Source: Candidatus Poseidoniaceae archaeon (GTDB lineage Archaea > Thermoplasmatota > Poseidoniia > Poseidoniales > Poseidoniaceae). From it: a stretch of DNA of 64,000 bases. Made by a program: the position numbers and the translations under genes. Of this stretch, positions 19,858 to 29,709 are shown piece by piece. The notes below the pieces were generated by a model, which was given only the letters and a program-made list of their open reading frames with translations, had not been told where the DNA came from and made no database searches. The stretch spans positions 128,001 through 192,000 of the forward strand of contig CBFIJH010000002.1 in NCBI GenBank assembly GCA_965662895.1, given 5' to 3'. How positions within the stretch are numbered: position 1 is the first letter of the stretch; each line of letters starts with the position of its first letter.

Positions 19858-21495
19858 TCAATGGCGAAACAGCCTGTGACCGGTGAAGAGCATGGATACA
19901 CCGAGGTGGTTGGCGGCGTCAATAACCTCTTGATCGCGAATGGAACCTCCAGGCTGAACGATTGATGAAGCACCTGCAGCAGCTGCCTGCTCCAAACCAT
20001 CAGCAAATGGGAAAAACGCATCACTTGCAAGCACACAACCATGTGCTCGTTCTCCAGCTCTTCGGGCAGCAATCCGTACAGCCTCGACCCGGCTCGTTTG
20101 TCCAGGACCGATTCCAACGGTGGCCAACCCCTGCACCATGACGATAGCGTTTGATTTCACTTGTTCACAAACACGCACTGCAAATTTCATCGAATCCATT
20201 TCGTCCCGTGTCACTTCTTTTTCAGTAACGGTTCGTGCGGAATCCCAATCGATGATTGGAGGCTCTTCTGTCTGAACAATCCAACCGCCTTCAATTTGCT
20301 TCAGAATTCGCTTTCTTTCAAGCGGAGCAAGGCGATTGTTTGGAGATTCAATTGTCAGAAGCCTTCGATTGCCTTTCTTCATAATGAATTCCTTTGCTTC
20401 TTCAGTGTACCCGGGTGCAATGAGAACTTCAATGAACAAATCAGCCATTGCTTGAGCAGTTTCAATGGTGACGATTTCATTGAAACAAATGATCGAACCA
20501 AAAGCGGATTCAGGGTCACTTGCGAGCGCATTCTTGTACGCTTCGGTTTGATTTGCGGCCAAAGCAACGCCACACGGGTTGTTATGTTTCACGATGACAC
20601 AGGCATGCGGGGTTTCTGGCCATTCATTGGTCGAGAGTGAACGGCACAGGCGAAGCGTCGCATCGGCATCCGAGTAATTGTTGTACGACATTGCCTTACC
20701 GCCTTCGACATGGGCCGTGACGAGCGTTGAATGGCTTCCAAGTTCAGCATCATCAACAAAGAGAGCTGCGCTTTGATGTGCATTTTCTCCGTATCTCAGT
20801 GTCTGTGATTTTATCGAAGATGCGAGCAGAGTTTCGTGGAATCTTCCTGACTGATCATCAATAGCATCAAACGATTCTGGAACTCCATTCCAACGTTCGT
20901 GAAGAACGTTAGCGATAGCAACATCATAGGAAGCTGTGTGCTGGTATGCGGTCAGTGCAAGTTCCTGCCGTCGAGACACAGGCACACCGGACGGGTCGCC
21001 TTTGGCACGTTCCAAATCATCGATAATCGAGTCGTAATCGTCAGGATTGCAGCAGATGATGACGTTTGCGTGATTTTTTGCAGATGCACGAACCATGGTT
21101 GGCCCGCCAATATCAATCATTTCCAGCAAAGCGTCCTTTTCAAGAGGAGGTTCGGCTGAAGCCGCCGATACAAATGGGTATAGATTGCAAGCGACCAACG
21201 CAATTGGAGTGTATTGAAGTTCTTCCATTCCAATCCGATCTTCCTCTTTTTGTAGACGTGCGAGCAATGGCCCGTGAATTGCGGGGTGCAGCGTTTTTAC
21301 CCGACCATCAAAGATTTCAGGATGTTGTGTCACTTCTGATACACTTTTGACCTCCAAACCCGACTCCATGAGTTTTCGAGCAGTCCCTCCGGTTGAGACC
21401 AGTTCAAAACCGAGATTTGAGAGCGAAGTCGCAAATTCAACGATACCTGTTTTATCCCATACGCTAAGTAGCGCTCGAGGTTTTACCGAGTCCAT
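19858..21495 (-). CDS. purH: bifunctional AICAR transformylase / IMP cyclohydrolase
   Basis: ALLSVWDKTG, STGGT, GRVKTLHP, IDIGGP, LRYGENAHQ, KHNNPCG, ASDAFFPF. Confidence 0.97.
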   Translation of the reverse strand: MDSVKPRALLSVWDKTGIVEFATSLSNLGFELVSTGGTARKLMESGLEVKSVSEVTQHPEIFDGRVKTLHPAIHGPLLARLQKEEDRIGMEELQYTPIALVACNLYPFVSAASAEPPLEKDALLEMIDIGGPTMVRASAKNHANVIICCNPDDYDSIIDDLERAKGDPSGVPVSRRQELALTAYQHTASYDVAIANVLHERWNGVPESFDAIDDQSGRFHETLLASSIKSQTLRYGENAHQSAALFVDDAELGSHSTLVTAHVEGGKAMSYNNYSDADATLRLCRSLSTNEWPETPHACVIVKHNNPCGVALAANQTEAYKNALASDPESAFGSIICFNEIVTIETAQAMADLFIEVLIAPGYTEEAKEFIMKKGNRRLLTIESPNNRLAPLERKRILKQIEGGWIVQTEEPPIIDWDSARTVTEKEVTRDEMDSMKFAVRVCEQVKSNAIVMVQGLATVGIGPGQTSRVEAVRIAARRAGERAHGCVLASDAFFPFADGLEQAAAAGASSIVQPGGSIRDQEVIDAANHLGVSMLFTGHRLFRH

Positions 21496-21558
21496 GATTG
21501 CACCCGTTATCGCACTCTAGTGTGTCTTCGTTATCAAGCATGTGATGAATCCACATCC

Positions 21559-23142
21559 TCAATCTCCACGGGAAGAGATCACTTGATCGACTCGAAGCAA
21601 ACCGCATGTTGTCTCAACCGCCGATTGCAACGCATGCGATACAGTGAATGATGAGAGAAGGACACCTTCGATTTGACCCACACTTCCATCGATGCAAACA
21701 CCAAATTGGCTCGATTGATTCCGGTGTGCTGCACGCAATTGCAGCAAGGTATCAATTTGATCTTCTCCGGCGTTGAGTGCGAGTGTGCTCGGGATGGTTT
21801 CCAGCGCGCGTGCAAAACCTTCGATGGCTAACCGTTGGCGACCAGAAACAGACTCTGCATGTTCTCGCAGTTGGAGTGCTGCGGCAATATGGAAGGCTCC
21901 TCCTCCAAGCAAAGTTGTTTGATGTTCGATGACCGATTCGAGCGATCGAAGAGCATCGTACATAGCTCGAATGTATTCTTCAACAGCAGCACCATGGCCG
22001 CCCCCAACATCGATGGTTACAAGACCTGATTTTTCTCCAGCATCGACAATTAATCGAGTCTTTCGTCCATCTTCTTGTTCCGAAACATCGACGACGGCTG
22101 ATTCAGCAGAACCTAGCACTTCAGGCGACACATCGTCAAGATGATTGACCAAAGATGCCCCAGTTGCAGCAGAAATATCCTCAATACCATCGTCTTCCAT
22201 CATTCCGACAATTAGAATTCCAAGGTCATTGCATGCGTGTTGAATTCGGTCATCAACTTCTTTTGAAGTAAACACAACCTTCGCTGTTGATGCTGCCAGA
22301 ACATCGATTTTTGATTGAAGAATCTTCTCTTCAGCATCTAGGAAAGCCATCATTTGTTCGGGATGTTCAATTTCGACTTCCGCATCCCGCTTGGTTTTTT
22401 GAATGGTCAATGGACAGGTAAGGGCGAGAACATTCGCAGGGCCAGCAATCTTTGGTGTGCGCTCAGAATCAAACTTCTTTTCGACGACAACACCCCTGAT
22501 CAATTTGGTCTCTTCTAGGGAATCGTGTCCTCGCTTTACCATTCGAACATTTTCTGCACGAACTGGACGCCCACTCGATTGAATGGTTGTCATACAATCG
22601 ACCAATAGTTCGGCAAGAGATTCTCTGCCAGATTCCGCAGATTTTCCAACCATTGCTGTCTTGGCAACCGCCAACAAAGACGCTCGTCCGATATCTATCA
22701 TAGAATGTTCCTCAAGGATTTTTTGAGTCCGTTCCATTGCATCTTGGTACGCTTCAACAAGCAAAAGAGGGTGGACGCTGCGTTCCAACAATCGACCAGC
22801 CTCCTTCATCAACTCGCTTGCAAACAACAAGCAACCTGTCACGCCATCGCCACAAGCATTTTCTTGGGACTCTGCAAGTTGAACGAATGCCTTCGCAGCC
22901 GGATGTTTTACCAACAAATCGGCAACAATCTTTGCGCCATCGTTGGTGATTGCTGTTTCCCCATTTGACTTGTACATCATTTTATCCAGACCATTCGGGC
23001 CAAATGTGCGGCGGAGTATATCACCAAATGCTGCTGAAGCACCAATCAATTTCTGTGTGACGGCAACGCCACTCGTTACCGAGGTTGTTGGTCGAACAAT
23101 GACGACTGGAGCGCGACCTGAACCATCGTCTTGTTGCGCCAT
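21559..23142 (-). CDS. group II chaperonin (thermosome-like), divergent
   Basis: TFGPNGLDKM, ITNDGA.I, HPAAK, GDGVTG, GGGA, FARALE.IP..LA.NAG. Confidence 0.88.
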   Translation of the reverse strand: MAQQDDGSGRAPVVIVRPTTSVTSGVAVTQKLIGASAAFGDILRRTFGPNGLDKMMYKSNGETAITNDGAKIVADLLVKHPAAKAFVQLAESQENACGDGVTGCLLFASELMKEAGRLLERSVHPLLLVEAYQDAMERTQKILEEHSMIDIGRASLLAVAKTAMVGKSAESGRESLAELLVDCMTTIQSSGRPVRAENVRMVKRGHDSLEETKLIRGVVVEKKFDSERTPKIAGPANVLALTCPLTIQKTKRDAEVEIEHPEQMMAFLDAEEKILQSKIDVLAASTAKVVFTSKEVDDRIQHACNDLGILIVGMMEDDGIEDISAATGASLVNHLDDVSPEVLGSAESAVVDVSEQEDGRKTRLIVDAGEKSGLVTIDVGGGHGAAVEEYIRAMYDALRSLESVIEHQTTLLGGGAFHIAAALQLREHAESVSGRQRLAIEGFARALETIPSTLALNAGEDQIDTLLQLRAAHRNQSSQFGVCIDGSVGQIEGVLLSSFTVSHALQSAVETTCGLLRVDQVISSRGD

Positions 23143-23180
23143 GATTCACCGTTGCAACCGCTCTTCAAGAAGTCTCCTTT

Positions 23181-24524
23181 TCAACGTCGACGACCCTTTC
23201 TCGTCTTTTTTGAGCGCCCTTGTCGCTCATACGCACGGCTCTGATATGCACGACGGTCTTGATCATCTGTCCAGATTGAATGTTCTGAAACATCATCGGA
23301 ATCGGGCAAATTGTCGAGCGATTCTATCGTTAGACGCAATCCTCCTAACTGGTCTTGGAGGGCTCGAACATTGTCGCCACCCCTACCAACCAATGTTGAG
23401 ATCATATTGCTTGGAGCATAAACCGTTGCTGAAGCATCACTCGTAAATTGAACACGAACATGCACACCAGCCCATTGCCGTATGGTATGGATGAGTTGTT
23501 TTTGAGCGAGTTGTTGAATGGGCTTTTTTTGCCCCGTCTCTGTAACGGGAACGACAGCAAGTTCTGAGCCAAAAGCGAACATTTCGTGTGTGACATTACC
23601 GGATGGGAATTCAACAACTTCGATGACGGGTCGTGCCAGTTCTTCTTGCATCCCCGATGGTGGTTTGACAGTCATTCTTAGTTCAAGCACTTGTTGTATC
23701 TTTCCGGCTTCAACGTGCAAAACAGTGTCAAGCACTTGAGAAACCAATCCGAGCTCGACTTTCCCAATCAGCCGCTGAATCGCTTCAAGCGCTGAGTTGG
23801 CATGCGTAACACCGAGTAGACCGACACCAGCAAGTCGTACATCAGCAAAGATCTCGAAATCCCTTGCTCGGCGTACTTCATCAAAAATAACGAAGTCTGG
23901 GCGTACAAGGAAAATGATTTCTGCGGTCTTCTCTAAATCGCCTTCCAGTGGAGCATACTGTGTAATTCGGTCAGCGAGTTGCAAATCTCTTGGTGCTTCC
24001 ATGGTTTTGACCATGGCTCCGATATCGTCATCGAGATACTCAGCAATGGCTTGCGCCAACGTCGTCTTTCCAGAACCAGGACGACCACAAATGAAGACTC
24101 CTCGATGATGATTGGACAATCGTTCAATGATTTTGGAATCGAGGTTGTAATCACTGAGCGATAGTTTTGCTACAGGTCGAACCACTGTGATTTCTCGAGC
24201 ATCTGAGAAAGGGGGGCTTGCACATGTTATTCTTAGGTCACCAAGTTGCAAGACTTGGCAACCCTTACGATCGATTTCAAGAAAACAATCACTTCGGTGT
24301 TGGTTTGCTTCAACGATTGTTTGCAAAGATTCCTGGAGCGATTCCAACCGTAGGTTATCCCACTCTTCTCCTTCCAATTCGAGCTCAACCAATTCGAGGT
24401 TTCCAATCGTTCCTCGCTTGACTCGAGGAGGACAATCGGCTTTCAGAAAAATTGTGTGGACTTCTGCTTCGAGAAGATCTTCCATTTCAGAGGGGAGGCT
24501 TGGGTGTTCACCGTGCTTTGCCAT
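23181..24524 (-). CDS. PilT/VirB11-type ATPase with C-terminal KH domain (PINA-like, no PIN domain)
   Basis: PPFSDAREITVVRPV, GRPGSGKTT, VKTMEAPRDL, FDEVR, HA, KH motif LVGRGG. Confidence 0.88.
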   Translation of the reverse strand: MAKHGEHPSLPSEMEDLLEAEVHTIFLKADCPPRVKRGTIGNLELVELELEGEEWDNLRLESLQESLQTIVEANQHRSDCFLEIDRKGCQVLQLGDLRITCASPPFSDAREITVVRPVAKLSLSDYNLDSKIIERLSNHHRGVFICGRPGSGKTTLAQAIAEYLDDDIGAMVKTMEAPRDLQLADRITQYAPLEGDLEKTAEIIFLVRPDFVIFDEVRRARDFEIFADVRLAGVGLLGVTHANSALEAIQRLIGKVELGLVSQVLDTVLHVEAGKIQQVLELRMTVKPPSGMQEELARPVIEVVEFPSGNVTHEMFAFGSELAVVPVTETGQKKPIQQLAQKQLIHTIRQWAGVHVRVQFTSDASATVYAPSNMISTLVGRGGDNVRALQDQLGGLRLTIESLDNLPDSDDVSEHSIWTDDQDRRAYQSRAYERQGRSKKTRKGRRR

Positions 24525-24565
24525 CGAGACGATGTCTGGTAGGAAGCCTTTGACACTTCGCACAG

Positions 24566-24943
24566 TTATGCAGATGGTGTCCCCGGTTCGAGCATGCCGA
24601 AGGTCCACCAGATGTAGGCATTGGTTCCAATGCTGCCGATGATTGATCCAACCAATGGGAATTCATAGAAGTAGATGCACCAGTATGTAAGACCAGCAGT
24701 GACGACAACAAATGCGAGAATGTTGAGTATACCTCCATTTTTCATTCCGCTCAACTGGACGGTCTTTTCATAGTGGTTTGCCCCCCAGATGATGGCGATA
24801 AGGCAAGAAAGGATAGAAAACGTCACGACTGCATCGAAGACAGAATCCTGCACAAACCAAGTCGCCAAAGAGGCAATTGTGGTGCCGGCGAGTAACCAGA
24901 GCATGACACGTTCGGGGGTCATGTTCCTCCCAGTGGACATCAT
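24566..24943 (-). CDS. small 4-TM membrane protein
   Basis: Four hydrophobic segments; ATGA-coupled to the upstream oxidoreductase. Confidence 0.7.
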   Translation of the reverse strand: MMSTGRNMTPERVMLWLLAGTTIASLATWFVQDSVFDAVVTFSILSCLIAIIWGANHYEKTVQLSGMKNGGILNILAFVVVTAGLTYWCIYFYEFPLVGSIIGSIGTNAYIWWTFGMLEPGTPSA

Positions 24944-25881
24944 CTCTTCAATTCTCGTGTGTTCAGACTTCCTGAGCCAGCCAATTGTTGCCGAGCGATG
25001 TCGATGCAGTTGATGGTGCGTAAGATTGACCCAGTTGAAGCTGCAGAAGAAAGAGATTCATTATGAAGAAAATCGCGAAGAACTCCTTCCAACGGTGTTT
25101 GGAAGGAATCAACGACAATGGATTGCTTTTGTTCACGGAGAACAACGAATTTTTGATGATTATCCAAAGTAACCAAAATGCTACCATCCGTGCCAACAAT
25201 GCTGACCTTTCCGATATCGGTGTCGGAATTCCAACCTACATCGATGCGGACCTCGACCTGATTTGGATATTCGAGTGTCAAATTTGTGGAAATCCGAGAA
25301 CCGTTGATTTCAGAGATGCGCGTCGGCCCTTGACCATCGAGCAAAAATTCTGCCAAATCAACCCCGTGTATAGCCAATGAATCAAGAGCGTGGGAGACCC
25401 CATCCCCTGCACGTATGGTTTTTTTCAGATACTCCATCGACTGAATAGCTCCAATCTCTCCTTTTCGAATACGCTCTCGGACATTGACAAGACAGGGGTG
25501 GAATCGTAAGAGGAAACCAGTCTTCAAGGTCTTTCCTTCTTGGATTGCAGTAGCAACGAGTGAAGACGCGTGTTCGAAGGTTTCAGCAATTGGCTTCTCT
25601 AAGAACACATCAACTCCCTGCTGAAGAAATTGTTTTCCTAAGTGATAATGTGAACCGTTCGGAGTAGCAATGACGACCGCGTCAAGTTGGAACAGTTTGA
25701 CGAGTGTTTCTGGATCATCGTGAACTTGAAATCCCATTGAACGGGCCTTCTGCAGTGCAACTGTGTCCACATCACAAGCAACAATCGCTTCAATTGATTC
25801 TTTTTGAGCAATCTGACGTAATGCCTGAAGATGCTTTGAGCCCCATCTGCCACAACCAACTACACCTATTCGTCGCGGCAT
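24940..25881 (-). CDS. Gfo/Idh/MocA family oxidoreductase
   Basis: IGVVGCGRWG, IATPN..H, EKP, RFHP, IH.VD. Confidence 0.9.
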   Translation of the reverse strand: MPRRIGVVGCGRWGSKHLQALRQIAQKESIEAIVACDVDTVALQKARSMGFQVHDDPETLVKLFQLDAVVIATPNGSHYHLGKQFLQQGVDVFLEKPIAETFEHASSLVATAIQEGKTLKTGFLLRFHPCLVNVRERIRKGEIGAIQSMEYLKKTIRAGDGVSHALDSLAIHGVDLAEFLLDGQGPTRISEINGSRISTNLTLEYPNQVEVRIDVGWNSDTDIGKVSIVGTDGSILVTLDNHQKFVVLREQKQSIVVDSFQTPLEGVLRDFLHNESLSSAASTGSILRTINCIDIARQQLAGSGSLNTRELKR

Positions 25882-25929
25882 GGTTTCAGGGCGGCTTTGG
25901 AGCAATTGAGGTTTGGCTTCTCACCGTAC

Positions 25930-28167
25930 CTAGTACGCGTCGTAATAGGCATAATCCGGGTATTCAATGTCAAAGGTTACAACATCGGTCAATTCCATAC
26001 TTGTTAGGTTGTGAACGGTGACGCCTGCTCCAGAGAAAGCATAGATGAAGTCACCCATGAAGATGGTCCGTCGAATGTTTTCGTTCCCGCCCCACCAATG
26101 GTTGACATCTTCATGATTGAGGAGAGAAGAATGATTCACTTCACCATGAACGGACATGCTTCCAGTTGCTTCATCGACATTGACAATGATAGCCTTTGAA
26201 ACGTATTCATAGTTCCACAGATAACCCCAATCTTCGTTGTAGGTCTCAACATATCGATAGGTTGAGAGTGGAACAGCGAGCATTTCCTTTGGCCCCCAAT
26301 ACTGGAACGCCTTGTGCTCGTACATTGCCTCTGAATAGGACCATGTCCACTGACCATTATCCGGATCGTTCACAGGCGAGAGCATCAGTGTATCAGCCAC
26401 AGCTGGTTGTGTTAAATCGCTAATATTGAACGTTGAAAGCCGCGTACTCGACCAATCCAAACCCAATCCATCTTCTCCAGCAGGCCCCATACCAATGGTG
26501 AGGAGCATATCATCGTGAAGTGGATGAATGTAGGTTGAAACGCCTGGGACTTCCAATTCACCAAGGATTGTCGGTGTTGCTGGATCCGATAAATCGATGG
26601 TCCAAAGTGGGTCAATTTGCTCGAATGTAACAAGGTAAGCCCGATCTTCGACAAATCGTGCTGACCAGATACGTTCACCTTCTGCAATACCATCAATACG
26701 ACCGTATTCAAGCAGAATTTGTTGATCGGTTTGTGGATCGACACCGCGGACGAGTGTAATGATTGAAGATGACATCGGTTCTGGATTTTCCATCCACCAC
26801 CGATTCCATTGACCAACGGTCGTCGCAACACGAAGAACTCCTTCGTATTCTGAAATACTGAATTGATTCAAAATCTGACCATCAATCCGTCCCGATCCCG
26901 TATACATCGTAACCCCAGGTACGGAGATGTCGAAGGTGTGAATGTTGGTCATCTCGTCAACATCATCTTGACCCCAGAACCACCACCAATCCCATGCGTT
27001 TTCAGCGAGAACCAGTACATCCGTTGAAGCGTAAACAAGTGGATGGTTGCTGAGGAGGTGGTCGGACTCGTAATCGAAGTCAGAAGAAAACAAATCGAGG
27101 GAGAGAATGTTGGTAAATCCACGACTAAAGCCATCCATAGGTTTTGCAAAGTTCTCACATTCCTCAGAACGCATATCGTGCTCAATGATTTGACCATCAA
27201 TCCGTTGGTAGATTTTTGGCACAAGCTCCTCTAAGGTTATGGCTTCAAGAACTTCATCGTTTGCTTGAATTGTCTCGTAGGCAATCATTTCACGGTAGGT
27301 CCGCCGTTGGGGATCGTCCCACTTCAGATCATAGTAGGGGCTCGGCATGTTGAGCCAACTCACCAAGCCTGGAATGTTCAACCATGAGTGGGTGACGGCC
27401 CGAATGGAACCATCAATCTCTCTTGCATCCACGTTGTACCCTTCCAGGTAGAGTTCTTGGACAACCTCTGGATTTGATCTGTCTGATATGTTGTATGTGG
27501 TGTATTTGGTCAATGAATTAACGCGCCACTCGCTGTAATCTCCTCCCCAACGCAGATATTCGTAAAGAGCATCATCAGCGTCGATGCTCCATGGGTTATA
27601 ACTTGAGAGAACAATCAATCGATCTCCTCGCAACATCATGGAAATTGGCGAACCTTCAATGGAAGAGTTGCTAGCGAATTCAATTTCACCGTATTCTGGA
27701 ACGCCCATAATCGAGAGTGATGACCCCTGCAAGGCGTAAATAAAGTACCCATCCGTCTTGATGAAATCCGCTTCATCAACACCTTGCTCTTGGTTGTTGG
27801 TACCACTGAAATCTTCGCCTTGAGTTCGCGTTTGCGGTTGAGTGGAACTTGTTGCAGCATCACCATCCATTGCAGCTTCTGCAACCATCCCATCATCGAA
27901 CATTATCCCTCCGTAGTAGTACTGTTCTTCGACAGCCTGCAACAACTCCGTTCGATACTCTTCGGCAATACTTGCCTTGAGATCGTATTCCATGTCCAAA
28001 CACGAATCGAACTGAACCAGGTGTGGTTGTGAAATGGTCCGACTTGTTTCGGTTCTCCAATCATCCGGCAATTCGGTGGTGATAATTTCATCACGTACAC
28101 TACCAATACAACCAGCTGTGAGCATCAAAAGTACAAGCCCGATGGAAGTAACCATCCTTTTGTTCAT
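25930..28167 (-). CDS. secreted beta-propeller domain lipoprotein
   Basis: Lipobox LTAGC; TNNQEQGVDEADFIKTDG, LNQFSISEY.G.LRVATT, GERIWSARF, VTF.QIDPL, GELEVPG.S.Y.HP. Confidence 0.88.
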   Translation of the reverse strand: MNKRMVTSIGLVLLMLTAGCIGSVRDEIITTELPDDWRTETSRTISQPHLVQFDSCLDMEYDLKASIAEEYRTELLQAVEEQYYYGGIMFDDGMVAEAAMDGDAATSSTQPQTRTQGEDFSGTNNQEQGVDEADFIKTDGYFIYALQGSSLSIMGVPEYGEIEFASNSSIEGSPISMMLRGDRLIVLSSYNPWSIDADDALYEYLRWGGDYSEWRVNSLTKYTTYNISDRSNPEVVQELYLEGYNVDAREIDGSIRAVTHSWLNIPGLVSWLNMPSPYYDLKWDDPQRRTYREMIAYETIQANDEVLEAITLEELVPKIYQRIDGQIIEHDMRSEECENFAKPMDGFSRGFTNILSLDLFSSDFDYESDHLLSNHPLVYASTDVLVLAENAWDWWWFWGQDDVDEMTNIHTFDISVPGVTMYTGSGRIDGQILNQFSISEYEGVLRVATTVGQWNRWWMENPEPMSSSIITLVRGVDPQTDQQILLEYGRIDGIAEGERIWSARFVEDRAYLVTFEQIDPLWTIDLSDPATPTILGELEVPGVSTYIHPLHDDMLLTIGMGPAGEDGLGLDWSSTRLSTFNISDLTQPAVADTLMLSPVNDPDNGQWTWSYSEAMYEHKAFQYWGPKEMLAVPLSTYRYVETYNEDWGYLWNYEYVSKAIIVNVDEATGSMSVHGEVNHSSLLNHEDVNHWWGGNENIRRTIFMGDFIYAFSGAGVTVHNLTSMELTDVVTFDIEYPDYAYYDAY

Positions 28168-28220
28168 GTGCGTATGAGGGGAGAGTGCATTATGAAGAAG
28201 TTGGTAAATTGATTTGACTT

Positions 28221-29033
28221 TCAAGCAATAACTTGCAATGCTTGAATGCCATCGCGTGATATTTTCCATGGTGCTTTTTTTGAAGAACCTATCCTTTCTA
28301 TGAGCCCTTTGTTGCTGAGTACTCGGAGGTGATGAGATAACAACTGCCGCGAGATCTTTAATTTTGTTCGGATTACTTTCCCGTCGAGTCCAAGATTACC
28401 GGATTGAGCCAAAACCTGTAAAATCGCTAATCGTGTTCCGGCTAATGGGCTTTTAATTGAATCAATATCATTTGGATGAATTGTCGAAACCGCAAATCGA
28501 CGTAATTTTCCATCCCGCCATGAAATTATCGAACCTTCCTTTTCGAGTATTTGTAAATGATAAGATGTTACACCATTTGCGAGACCCAACCCGTCTCGGA
28601 GTGCTGTAAAGTGGATTCCTGCGTTTGCTTCGATAAAGCCAAGAACTCGTCCCCGGTTTCGTTCGTTATCGTGCTTTTTCCGAACAATCAACGGCGTCAA
28701 AAAAGCGACTATACACAGAACACGGACGAATTCAAAGAAGAGTGAGCCTACCAGAAGAAAAGAAAGTACGCCGCCACCAATCAATATCATGATCGGGCCG
28801 TAATTTTCATGCCTCTCCACTGGAGTTTCCTCCCTATCAGGAGAGAAATCTGCTCTTGCGGGAGCACCATCACTTTCAGTAGCACTTTCTTCATTGATTG
28901 TACCTGTGGCTGGCTCATCCAAGTTGTCGTGAGGAGATGTCTCTTCGCCGTTGTAATTGATGATAGAAATTCCAGTAATTATTGAGACAAAGCACAGGAA
29001 AACGAGAAGCCGAAGAAAAACCACCCCTCGCAT
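28221..29033 (-). CDS. membrane-bound winged-HTH transcriptional regulator
   Basis: N-terminal TM segments, then two wHTH units (GIHFTALRDGLGLANG..SYHL..LE and SRQLLSHHL..L). Confidence 0.8.
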   Translation of the reverse strand: MRGVVFLRLLVFLCFVSIITGISIINYNGEETSPHDNLDEPATGTINEESATESDGAPARADFSPDREETPVERHENYGPIMILIGGGVLSFLLVGSLFFEFVRVLCIVAFLTPLIVRKKHDNERNRGRVLGFIEANAGIHFTALRDGLGLANGVTSYHLQILEKEGSIISWRDGKLRRFAVSTIHPNDIDSIKSPLAGTRLAILQVLAQSGNLGLDGKVIRTKLKISRQLLSHHLRVLSNKGLIERIGSSKKAPWKISRDGIQALQVIA

Positions 29034-29130
29034 ACCCTCCTTTTTTCGACGAATGCATATCAAATCCGTGGTAAAATGATTTGACAATTGCTCAAACAGC
29101 ATTATGTGCTGAGGTTGAGTAGCACCAATT

Positions 29131-29709
29131 ATGCCAGAAAACGTTGAAATCGAACGACGTTTTCTTGTCGACGGTCGATTCCATCGCCCTTGGATTGATA
29201 CTTCGCATCAATGCATCGAGATTCAACAATGGTATCTGAATAAAACCGGCTTGGAGGTATCAATTGACCAAGGTACAGTAGGATACGAAGGCAACCTTCT
29301 CGTATCCAACGTGTCCGAGCAAATCTGTCGACAATTATCCGAACAACCGGAATGGACCATTCGCATACGCAAATCACATTCAGCGTACTTGCTCACACTC
29401 AAGGGGTCAAGGAAAGGCGCGGCAGCTGCAGAATTTGAATGGGGAATTGAACAAAAGAAGGCTCAATCGATTATCCAACGTTCGACGTTTCCCTACGTTG
29501 AAAAGAAACGATATCTTTGGCGAAATACAGATGGATTTGAGTGGGAAATAGATGAGTTTGAGGGCAATCTAGCCGGTTTGATTATTGCAGAGGTTGAACT
29601 TGAGGAAGAAGAGGCTGAAGTCCAAATCCCAACGTGGACAGGGATGGAATTGACCTATTTGCGCGGTTGGTCGAATGCATCCCTAGCACGAATGCTCACT
29701 CAGCAATAA
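29131..29709 (+). CDS. CYTH domain (triphosphate tunnel) protein
   Basis: EIERRFLV, RIR, LTLKG, EFE, VEKKRY, WEIDEF.G.L.GL..AEVEL. Confidence 0.9.
   Translation: MPENVEIERRFLVDGRFHRPWIDTSHQCIEIQQWYLNKTGLEVSIDQGTVGYEGNLLVSNVSEQICRQLSEQPEWTIRIRKSHSAYLLTLKGSRKGAAAAEFEWGIEQKKAQSIIQRSTFPYVEKKRYLWRNTDGFEWEIDEFEGNLAGLIIAEVELEEEEAEVQIPTWTGMELTYLRGWSNASLARMLTQQ

Noticed and set aside
17374-21495. Bacterial-type purN/purH in an archaeon as a novelty
   Set aside because: Folate-dependent PurN and PurH are already known in several euryarchaeal lineages, so this is ordinary housekeeping.
29131-29709. CYTH gene as part of the phosphate module
   Set aside because: It is about 10 kb away and I did not see the shared upstream motif before it.
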